Assembly: GCA_002269645.1 (NCBI GenBank)
Contig: NIVC01001163.1
Span: 1-64,000, forward strand
Length of the DNA: 64,000 nt
Source: Macrostomum lignano
Taxonomy: Eukaryota
Direction: 5' to 3'
Of this stretch, positions 11,283-22,800 are shown one piece after another. Each line of letters begins with the position of its first letter. Within the stretch, counting starts at the first letter, position 1. The notes beneath the pieces were generated by a model that ran no database searches, was not told where the DNA came from, and saw only the letters and a list, made by a program, of their open reading frames with translations. The translations under genes and the position numbers were made by a program.

Positions 11283-13586
11283 TTCCTCGAGTTGGATATG
11301 CCAAAACTAATTAGTGGCTGCCTAAATAGATCATAAATACATAATCAGAAAGGCAAAAATTTACAGATTAGTAAATATGTAAATTTTTTTATCTACAATT
11401 ATTGCCATAGCATGCATCTTTACATCAACTTGATCCTGAACTCTAATTTGGATGCCAAATGGGCACCTTGTATTTCTTCAAAGTTAGATACCATTTAGTT
11501 TAATTTCCATATTTTCTATAATTCATATTTTATTTCAGGTATTAATAATTATATATCATATTGAAATTCTTGGATTTCAAGACTGATATTTGTAAAATGG
11601 AAGTAAAATTCTAATACTTTACTTTAAAAATCTAAAAAAATATGCAGACTTTTGTAACTTAGAAAGGCATAGCAATGTAAAAGCAGTGTTAGCAGTCTAA
11701 ACCCTGTTTTCAATTTGGGATCCAGAATTTCTTTTATATTTCTTTGCCTTCTAAAGCATGCTACCTTACCTCAATTTGATATAGGACAAAAATTGGTCTT
11801 TTTATTTACTAGTATATTGAATAGCTTTTTTAATTAGGCTTAAAATATGTCAATATCATTATTGTAGGCCTAGTTCTTATAAAACATTTAAATAAGTTTT
11901 ACTAGTATTTTTCCAAACAAAAACTGATATTGATAAGTTGGTAGCAACACTTTAAATATTTTAGTGAAGGACCTTAAGCTACACAAATAAAATTAATCTA
12001 AAAATTAGGCCTTAAGATATTTCTTATGTTGTTTGACAAAAATAGTTCTAACATTTAGTGCAAACAAACATAAACATATTTGTTAGGAATAGTTCTCGCA
12101 CAGAATCTATGTTATTTTGTCTGAGGGACATTTCATCCAGGACACTTTGTCAGAAAATATTGGGGCACAATATTTTGTCTAAAGATTTTGTTAATTTTAG
12201 TCTAATCAATTGAAGTGTTCATTGTTTAAAAGGGTGCATTCAGTTAAAGGTTCATTGTGCCTAGTGCTGAAAGATGTACATGTAGTTTCATGTACATTTG
12301 AGAGTAGAGTAGAGTGGATGTAAGGAAAATGGGTAATAAGTGTTTAATTCGGTTATGTAAAGTTGGTTAGTTTGCTAGGATTGCTTTGGGCATTTCAAGG
12401 CCCATTCAAGAATGCCCACTAGGTGTACATCTGCCTTGATTTTCTTGTTGTCAGGCAGTGTACAAACTATGTGCCCTGGAGAACACCCAAATTTGGCCAA
12501 GAGAAGGATTTGTTATGCTTTACCACTTAACCCCTCTGTAGCTATTATACTATTGCTGCATGTTGTTATTGAAGTGGTAGTGCTAGTCTAGCTTGGATGT
12601 TGTACATGTAATATAAATTCCACAAGTCACCTTTTGACACACTAAGACAAAATTATAATTACAATGTTGGATGACAAGTGCATCAGGTGCAAAAAGTCTA
12701 TATTGCCATAACAAGAAGCTGTGGCATGCAATAAGAGTGTAGCCATTAGCAGTATCAAACATGCAGCACTGGAATTTCCAGACCACAATATCAGGCCATG
12801 TGTCAAGGTGCACTAAGTCTAAAGTGGATCTGTGAGTTTTTTCTTGGTTAAGGCATTAAATCTATTTAACCTTTTGGAAAAGTAAAAACAATGGAAATTT
12901 TGTCAAAATTTCAAGTATATCTATTGGTAGGGGCCTATTACAAACTATTGCTATTATTAGTTAAGAAGTTTATTATATTAGCTTTGCATTTTACAATCTA
13001 TAAAAAGTTTAAAAATTTAAATACTAATAAAGTTATTAAAAAATGAAATGTATACTAATACTAAGTCTAAAAACTTTGAGAAACTTTTTGAAATAGAATG
13101 GCAAGATTGAAAAAAAACTTGAGTCAATATCATTTAGATTGTAGAATAATTATTAACTACTATAATAAACCTATAGGTATTTTTAGTTTTAATCACAAAT
13201 GCCATTTGGTATCTTATATATAAATATTTACTGTATAGTCCAAAGGACATAGGCCTATCATCATAGGCAAAATTTTCAATGAATTGAAAGCACCATATTT
13301 CAATGAAAATTCTGCCCATGATATGTCCTTTAGACTATACAATAGGCCTAAACATTTGTTTGCTTATCTCTTAGGCCCTATAAAAGTTGTTGTGTGACTA
13401 AAAATACACCAGACCTGAAAATGGCCCTAGTTGGACCAAAACACATTGAAAGAATATAATCTATGTTGATTTTTACTTTAATATTTTTATCAAATTGCCT
13501 TACATTTTTTTCTAGCACCATATTGCACTAGATTTTTTCTACCTACTATTGTACCAGAGTCTACTGGCATCTGGCGAGACATATCC

Positions 13587-14352
13587 GGCTATCCTTCAGT
13601 TTTGTTCGTTTAATTATTTTCAGAGTCTTATATTATTTTTTACCCCTTTTTCAGCATGGTGGGTCACCCATCTGCTCCGACGACGATTGTCCCACCGGCT
13701 GAGGTCAGGCCAACAACTGACCTATGTGATCTTCCATTTATGAAGATGCGTGACCTCGGTATCCTGACTGCTGACACGCAATCTGTGATGCGCTGGCTGG
13801 CAAAGTACCAGCTGCTGCCCAACGAGTGCCAGTGCTACAACGACAACTGCCCTACGATACTCCAAATGCGGCTTCAATGTCGTCAAGGTGATCGTTACAT
13901 TGATGGCTGGGCCTGGGCCTGCAAGGACTGCCGCGCTCAGGAATCCATCAGGAAGGGCTCATTCTTTGAGCGTAGCCACCTGCAGCTAACCCAACTGGTG
14001 GACTTCCTGTACTGGTGGGCCCTCAAGACACCGATAAAGGATACCATGCGGCAATGCGACTTGACAGCATAGGCCACAACCATCAATTGGGCCAACTTCT
14101 GCCATGATGTCTGTGCCCAAGTCCTGATCAACCACCCCATGCAGCTTGGTGGCCCAAACGTGGAAGTTGAGGTGGACGAGTCTAAGTTCTTCCATCGCAA
14201 GTACTATGAAGGCTACCAAATAATTTGATAGTCTTATTTTGTGTCGCGAAAATTGTCGTCAGAGCAGATAGGCGACTCATCATGCTGAAAAAGGGGTAAA
14301 AAATAATATAAGACTCTGAAAATAATTAAACGAACAAAACTGAAGGATAGCC
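13587..14352 (+). mobile_element. Merlin (IS1595/ISXO2-like) DNA transposon, internally deleted, keeps the N-terminal half of the transposase
   Basis: Perfect 72-bp TIRs 13587-13658 and 14281-14352 beginning GGCTATCC; GACATATC direct repeat at 13578-13585 and 14353-14360. Peptide C..C...C..C..SIRKGSFFERSHL...*ATTINWANFCHDVC...VEVDESKFFHRKY includes the first catalytic D. Confidence 0.9.
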
Positions 14353-15794
14353 GACATATCTAGACCCCTTTTGTTCTAAAATTTTCCATGAAAAAGGTCC
14401 TCTTTCTGACTATAGGCTGTTTCTAATAGTGACTAGGTCCATACTTATAGATATAGCAGCCATGTCTATAATATAGAATAGCTATAGACCTATCTTAGAC
14501 TCATACTGGCTAGGTTTAGGGCCTATGCCTAGTTTTTGACTTTTGTCAGTTTTGTGCAATAAAGGTGGTATAATATCCTGACTCAAAATTGCATTCCCCA
14601 ACCTAGACTTTGGATGCAATGTTGCAGCCGATCCTAGTGGCAAGCCAACAAAAAAACCTTGGTTATGTACTACTACGTATGCTATAATATCATGTCTTTC
14701 CAAATCACATCCTGAAATTGGACCTTGCATCTTAGTGCCTGCAAAAAAGCCCAGCGTACTGGAGACACACCATCGGCAAGCAGCCATGAAAATTCCCAAT
14801 GAAGTCCACACAGTGCCAGCATCTGTGTTGTTATTATTGAACAACTTCACACTTCGTAGAAACAGTTGCCGCATGCCGCTTCGCTTTACAGGCTCAAGCC
14901 TCGATCCAGGTTTTCATCTAAACTCCAAATTAGCTACAAAAAAGCAAACGCAAAAGAAACTGAAAAAGCAAAATCAATGAAAATTACTCCCACTAGGCCA
15001 AGCTATTAATTAAATTGACACTGCAGCTTAAAATCTGTTAGGGTTGTAACCGGTTGTTGTTATTTTTCAGAAGTGCACCGTTTTCAGAATCTGTTTTAAA
15101 ATGTTCTAGAACGTTTCCTGTAAGAGTTAATAAACATTTAAAATAAATGAAACGCTTTTTTTCCCACGCATCCTGTTTCTAGCAGAAGATTTAGTTCTGG
15201 ACCCAATTTATCTGAAAAGAAAAATAGTATAATTTCATTAGAAGTTAATCAATAATGAGGTCAAATAAACCAGTAGATTTTTTGAAAAATGTCCCTTCAG
15301 GTCCTACGCTATCAGCTACCTGTGCATCGACGCCGCCGAAGCTATTCTAATCAAGCAATTTGGGTTACGAGTTAAGCTTTAGGCAGTCGATCTTGTCAGA
15401 CGTATATCAAGCTTTCAAAATGTACATTATCTTTGCCTAATATAATCACCAATGTTATTACATGTACAAATAGAGTTGCGTGATGTTGCATGGACATCTG
15501 AAAAATGTACAGTGAAGTTTTATATTTTTCTTTATGTACTGATCAACTTAGGCGGCCATTTAAGGTTAACGAATAATATGTGGCTACAATGCATCACGAG
15601 CATGGTAAACTGGTGATGATCCTCAACAAGCTTTAAAGGCTCCAATTAGTAAAAGTACAAAAAATTGCATTATGTAATTATTTGTATGATGATATGGTCG
15701 AGTCTGTTTTATCATTCATTGCCAAATTATTACACCTACTAATTGCTGTTCATTAGATTGCGAACTTTATACTAGCAGAATGATAAACATGTAC

Positions 15795-17999
15795 GGGAGT
15801 ACGACGTTTGCTTGCGGGAAGTTTGCTTGCCGAACTTTGCTTGCAGGAATTTTGCTTGCCGAACTTTGCTTGCCGAAGTTTGCTTGCGGAATTTTGCTTG
15901 CCGAAGTTTGCTTGCGGAATTTTGCTTGCCGAGGTTTGCTTGCCGAACTTTGCTTGCGGAATTTTGCTTGCCGAACTTTACTTGCCGAACTTTGCTTGCC
16001 GAATTTTGCTTGCCGAGGTTTGCTTGCCGAAGTCTGCTTGCCGAACTTTGCTTGCAGGAATTTTGCTTGCCGAGGTTTGCTTGCCGAAGTTTGCTTGCGG
16101 AATTTTGCTTGCCGAAGTTTGCTTGCCGAACTTTGCTTGCGGAATTTTGCTTGCCGAGGTTTGCTTGCCGAGGTTTGCTTGCCGAGGTTTGCTTGCCGAG
16201 GTTTGCTTGCGGAATTTTGCTTGCCAAAGTTTGCTTGCCGAGCTTTGCTTGTCGAACTTTGCTTGCCGAACTTTGCTTGCCGAATTTTGCTTGCCGAGGT
16301 TTGCTTGCCGAACTTTGCTTGCGGAATTTTGCTTGCCGAGCTTTGCTTGCGGAATTTTGCTTGCCGAACTTTGCTTGCGGAATTTTGCTTGCCGAAGTTT
16401 GCTTGCCGAACTTTGCTTGCGGAATTTTGCTTGCAGGAATTTTGCTTGCCGAACTTTGCTTGCCGAAGTTTGCTTGCGGAATTTTGCTTGCCGAAGTTTG
16501 CTTGCCGAGCTTTGCTTGCGGAATTTTGCTTGCCGAAGTTTGCTTGCCGAACTTTGCTTGCGGAATTTTGCTTGCCGAACTTTGCTTGCCGAATTTTGCT
16601 TGCCGAGGTTTGCTTGCCGAAGTCTGCTTGCCGAACTTTGCTTGCAGGAATTTTGCTTGCCGAGGTTTGCTTGCCGAAGTTTGCTTGCGGAATTTTGCTT
16701 GCCGAAGTTTGCTTGCCGAACTTTGCTTGCGGAATTTTGCTTGCCGAGGTTTGCTTGCCGAGGTTTGCTTGCCGAGGTTTGCTTGCCGAGGTTTGCTTGC
16801 GGAATTTTGCTTGCCAAAGTTTGCTTGCCGAGCTTTGCTTGTCGAACTTTGCTTGCCGAACTTTGCTTGCCGAATTTTGCTTGCCGAGGTTTGCTTGCCG
16901 AACTTTGCTTGCGGAATTTTGCTTGCCGAACTTTGCTTGCGGAATTTTGCTTGCCGAACTTTGCTTGCGGAATTTTGCTTGCCGAAGTTTGCTTGCCGAA
17001 CTTTGCTTGCGGAATTTTGCTTGCAGGAATTTTGCTTGCGGAATTTTGCTTGCCGAAGTTTGCTTGCCGAACTTTGCTTGCGGAATTTTGCTTGCGGAAT
17101 TTTGCTTGCCGAACTTTGCTTGCGGAATTTTGCTTGCCGAATTTTGCTTGCCGAGGTTTGCTTGCCGAGCTTTGCTTGCGGAATTTTGCTTGCCGAATTT
17201 TGCTTGCCGAGGTTTGCTTGCCGAGCTTTGCTTGCGGAATTTTGCTTGCCGAATTTTGTTTGCCGAGCTTTGCTTGCCGAAGTTTGCTTGCGGAATTTCG
17301 ATGTCTGCTTCCTAGAAATTCGCAATCACAATTGCAAGGTTTTAACTTGCCGAATTATTTTCTTGTTTGCTTGCTTGTTTGATGGCTTGTGAAGTTGGTC
17401 AGTCAATTATTACATACTACAGTTGCTTTGCAAGTGGATTCTTATCAGCGTCGACATAAACTGACTTGACACTAAGCTTTCAAACTAGGTGTATAGAGTT
17501 TCATTCTAAGAATTAGTATATACGACTCGTATAATGATTAGAGATTCAATATAGGTAGTTAGGGATCAGTAATAGTATAAATCTTTTTAGTTCCTGATTT
17601 CAGCACTGAGCAGGATGATAATTGTAGTGATGCTAATGAATGCATATACTAATATTAATTGTATAAAAATGTAAACGAACTTGGACTAGCGGATTTGCAC
17701 GAGTACTAGTAGTAGTGTACTTGTCACCGAGGAACGAAAGCTAAAATAGAACCCTACTTTACTAATAAAATAGCAAACTTCGGCAGGCAAAATTCCGCAA
17801 GCAAAGCTCGGCAAGCAAACTTCGGCAAGCAAAATTCCGCAAGCAAAGCTCGGCAAGCAAACTTCGGCAAGCAAAATTCCGCAAGCAAAGCTCGGCAAGC
17901 AAACTTCGGCAAGCAAAATTCCACAAGCAAAGTTCGGCAAGCAAACCTTGGCAAGCAAAATTCCGCAAGCAAACCTCGGCAAGCAAATTTCATAGACCC
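15795..17999. mobile_element. Foldback / Mutator-like element whose arms are arrays of a 14-bp unit (GARYTTTGCTTGCS-like)
   Basis: Array 15808-17300 and the same unit inverted at 17770-17990. Related termini GGGAGTACGACGTTTGCTTGC and (reverse complement) GGGTCTATGAAATTTGCTTGC. 9-bp flanks AACATGTAC (15786-15794) and GACATGTAC (18000-18008). Confidence 0.65.
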
Positions 18000-18825
18000 G
18001 ACATGTACATATGTATCTCTTTGTACCAAGACACGGTCAGAACAATTTTAATAGTAATTTACAAAGATTGCTATTAAATCTTATAAGTATAAATTTTCTC
18101 TCATGCATCCTAAACTGTAAGTCCTGAACAGCTGAGTTAACAGACAAAACTGAAGCAACTGAAGTTTAATAAACAAATAACAAACAATTTAAACAAGGAA
18201 ACATCAGAGGAACATTTAAAAGGTAAAAATTCAACAGAAAAGTCATATACTCGTATATATATTGTTAACAATTAATAATAAAACGAACCACAATCAAAAA
18301 GTGTGGCCTGCAAAGCAGGACGCAGCAGATATTCAAATCGAAGCAGAATTTCGCTTGGATAAAATGAAAAACACGCAGATTCCCGGGGAGATTTCGCGAC
18401 GGGGATAAAAATAGTAAAAAATAGGTTGATTACCATTCGGCTGAATTGGGGATCAGAATCATCTCTCGCGAATCAGATCGGTGGGCTGGGCCATAAAGTG
18501 CGGGTGAGAGCGAGAGCGACGCTGTGCTCAGAAGCCGCTCAATGATTCCTGCATTGACGGGTAATTAAAAGAAACTTACAAAGATACAGTAAGTACACAG
18601 TGCACCTGAAGTACAGAGACGCAATGGAAGTGAGCAGTGGGAAAGGTCAGGAAGTGAGTTCATTTTTCTAACGGCAATTCGTTGAATTCCGAAGAGAAAT
18701 TCGACACTGAGCGAGAGACTTACAAGGTGCATACCGATCACTATTAATTAATCGAAATTTCACTAAGAGCAGTACTAAGTGATAATGCATGTTAATGACA
18801 TATGGAGCGGAAGAAAGAAACACGG

Positions 18826-19035
18826 GGGTGGATGAGGTGGAGAATGAAAGGGCGGATGGGGGTGGGTGGGGTGGCGGATGAGGGGGCGGATTGGGGGGCG
18901 GGTGAGGGGCGGATGAGGGGCCGGATGGGGAGCAGATGAGGTGGCGGATGAGGTGGCGGATGGGGAGCGGATGATGGGGCGGATGAGGTGGCGGATGGGG
19001 AGCGGATGATGGGGCGGATGAGGTGGCGGATGGGC
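18826..19035. repeat. G-rich degenerate repeat (GGCGGATGAGG/GGGG), probably in the myosin XVIII 3' UTR region
   Basis: Repeated GGCGGATG motifs with G-runs. Confidence 0.75.
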
Positions 19036-19881
19036 AAGGAAGCCCAAAATACTGGTGCCGATCAGCAATAAAAAGTAATTATTTAATCATTAATAAATTA
19101 ATCAACATATCAAACAAAAACGCATCGAAGATACTCCAACAAACAACAGGAAACGAAGTAAAACAAAACACAAAAAAGAACGCAAACGTGCAAAAAAGCT
19201 AATCAATGATATTTTATATGAATTGGAAAAATGTACTAGTTGTAAATAATAAATATAAGAACTAATGCTGCACACAGTTAAGAGACATACAATAAATATC
19301 AATCCTTATCAATTTATCAGAGAGTTCAAAGGCGAAATTAAAACAAATAATAATGTACGTTTTCCAGTGTGACCGAAATCAATTAATTCGCTGAAAAGTG
19401 AAAAATGATATCAAATCGGATCGAACGGACCGACTGTGAACGACTCCGCTGATCTCGCGTCCCGAAAACTGATGCTGTTGTATTATTATTTATCGAAGCG
19501 ATTGCCCCCCCCCCGCTTCGAGTTGATAAGCAGCGAAATGAAAAATGTGAATATTAGTTTGTTAGTGTGTAATATATCGATCAGTCAGGCTCCGGGTTGG
19601 GCAAATACAATAATAACTGATGGTGAATCGTGAATTTACAGCAGGCGAGGACAGAAGAGGTAATTTTTCACTTTTTAATAAAAAAGGTAGCGAACAAAGG
19701 ATAAAAATAAGTTCAGTCTGCAGTTTACAAAAGCGCGCACAATAAGATCAGGAGCCAGCTGGGGAAATTTGCTAGCGCACAGCAACACTTCATCGCTTTT
19801 TTGACAATTGTTCTGTTTCAAAAAAAAGTTTGAAAATAAGTTATCAAAATTCACTCGGTGCTGTCTAACGCGATCGAGCAT

Positions 19882-22800
19882 CTACTTTCTGTCCGAGACC
19901 TGAGAATTCGAGTCGAATGAGCCTGGTCGAGTTTTTAATAGCGCGCCAGACTGCCGGATCAGCTGCTCCACCCTGCCGAGGCAGTTGGGGATAATCAAGT
20001 TTAGTTCAGGATTATTATAGAGTTTTAACACCGACTACTGCAAAATTCCTTAATATCTGTCTCAACTGATTCAATTCAGGCTGAGTTGGACAGGGAATGT
20101 CTATGGTCAAATCTGCTTTCGATTGGCTGATGGGTAGAGAGTTGAGCCATTGACTAAATTTCATGAGAGAGGAGTACTTGTTTTGTTAGCGGTCTGTGCT
20201 TGGCGTTCAGTTGACTTCAGCCTACGGCCTACGGGCCATAGACTATGGAAAATTTGAAACGAAATTTCACATTTCTGGATTCACTAGCAATCTAGTGCCC
20301 CCCTTCGGAGCGCCCAATAAGCAAGGAGGAAATATTGTTTATACTAATCCATCCAAAGCATATTTTCTTCAGAATCAATTCCTTCTTCAGTCAATTCCTA
20401 ATAACAATAGATCGAGAATCGAACCACCGACCTTTCAGTCGTGAGTACAACACTCTAACCACTAGGCCACAACCCCCTATGGCCACAACCCCCTATGGCC
20501 ACAACCCTCTATGGCCACAACCCCCTATGGTTACAACCCCCTATGGCCACAACTCCCTATGGCCACAACCCCCTATGGCCACAACCCCCTATGGCCACAA
20601 CCCCCTATGGCCACAAACCCCTATGGCCACAACCCCTTATGGCTACAACCCCCTATGGCCACAACCCCCTATGGCCACAATCCCCTATGGCCACAACCCT
20701 CTATGGCCACAACCCCCTATGGTTACAACCCCCTATGGCCACAACTCCCTATGGCCACAACCCCTATGGCCACAACCTCCTGTGGCCACAACCCCCTATG
20801 GCCACAACCCCCTATGGCCACAACCCTTATGGCTACAACCCCCTATGGCCACAACCCCCTATGGCCACAATCCCCTATGGCCACAACTCTCTATGGCCAC
20901 AACCCCCTATGGTTACAACCCCCTATGGCCACAACTCCCTATGGCCACAACCCCCTATGGCCACAACCTCCTGTGGCCACAACCCCCTATGGCCACAACC
21001 CCCTATGGCCACAACCCCTTATGGCTACAACCCCCTATGGCCACAACCCCCTATGGTTACAACCCCTTATGGCCACAACCCCCTATGGTTACAACCCCTT
21101 ATGGCCACAACCCCCTATGGCCACAACTCCCTATGGCCACAACCCCCTATGGCCCTATGGCCACAACCTCCTGTGGCCACAACCTCCTATGACTACAACC
21201 CCCTATGGCCACAACCCTCTATGGCCACAACCTCCTATGGCTACAACCCCCTATGGCCACAACCCTCTATGGTTACAACCCCCTATGGTTACAACCCCCT
21301 ATGGCTACAACCCCCTATGGTTACAACTTCCCTCCTACGATCCCCTGAAAAATTATTGTCACTTAGGAAAATTTAGTGACAATTTTTCGCCTACCGCAGT
21401 TTTGATTGGGGATTTTTATTACACTTGGGATTTGATGGGATTTGATAATCCGACTGAGAAGTCAATAGCCTCCGATTTAAAAACATACTGACAATGCTAT
21501 CTGATTCAATAGGGCATATAAGAGTACAATACAAATATGATTTAATGCACACAACACAGAAAGCAAAGTACGAGGGTCATCCCAAAAGTTCTCTGTATCA
21601 CTGAATTACTCCTACGAACTGGCACCAATTTTGAAGAAACTGCACACAAACTTGCACCAATATCTGCACACAACATTGATGAATTTTCATAAAAAAATCT
21701 CCATGCAATTAGAAATAACAAGCTGGGTTGTCCAACACCTTCAGAGCAAATGGACAGCTCTCACATTGACTTCTTTAACTGGCACAGTGCAGCTCGTGCA
21801 GCATCACCGACCAGTCATGTGAGTCAGCCAGTCATTCAAGAATAAATGATGGAATTCTTGTCAAGTTCATTCACTTTTCTGCTTGTGACACTTGCCTATT
21901 CAGTCGGTGATGCTGCACGAGCTGCACTGTGCCAGTTAAAGAAGTCAATGTGAGAGCTGTCCATTTGCTCTGAAGGTGTTGGACAACCCAGCTTGTTATT
22001 TCTAATTGCATGGAGATTTTTTTATGAAAATTCATCAATGTTGTGTGCAGATATTGGTGCAAGTTTGTGTGCAGTTTCTTCAAAATTGGTGCCAGTTCGT
22101 AGGAGTAATTCAGTGATACAGAGAACTTTTGGGATGACCCTCGTACACGTTGCTCTGATACCCGAAGCGGTGCACTCCAATTCCAATAAGTTGCATCAGA
22201 GACAACAGATTATAAACTAGATGACGGGCGCTCGAACTGTAAGTTGCATGGCAGCTTTCTTAGAAAACAAAAAGCAACACGAAATAAAAACATCTCTGGA
22301 ATTTCCTGTGCCCTATTTGCTAACGCGTGTACTTTACAACACAGTTAGTAGTCACAATAAAGACTACTGTTAGTAGGGTACTCAAGTAGTATGTTCAGCA
22401 CATAAAGACAGCCCCGTGGGAAAGGGTGACAGCCCACTAATAGAGCAGGTAGGAGGGTGACAGCCCACTAATAGAGCAGGTAGGAGAGGGTGACAGCTCA
22501 CTAATAGAGCAGGTAGGAGAGGGTGACAGCCCACTAATAGAGCAGGTAGGAGAGGGTGACAGCTCACTAATAGAGCAGGTAGGAGAGGGTGACAGCCCAC
22601 TAATAGAGCAGGTAGAGACAGATAAGCTGAGAGCAAAGAAACGAAATTAAAACAAAATATCTACAAGAGCTCCCAAGTGGAACTGAATGCTATTAAAAAA
22701 GAAAGTGACTATCTAAATGACAGGGTATCTAATAGCAAAATAATAGAAACTAGGCACAATGGGAGTGCAACAAAGCGATTTCTGGCATGCTCTAAAAAGC

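Noticed and set aside
15772-17392. Four overlapping ORFs of over 500 aa
   Set aside because: Stop-free translations of a 14-bp satellite on both strands; no domain content.
20409-20470. Functional tRNA gene
   Set aside because: A and B boxes are present, but acceptor and anticodon stems do not pair; treated as a SINE head.
20335-21491. Pro/Tyr/Gly-rich ORFs resembling secreted repeat proteins
   Set aside because: All three frames are open because of the 16-bp array; intronic and antisense to myosin XVIII.
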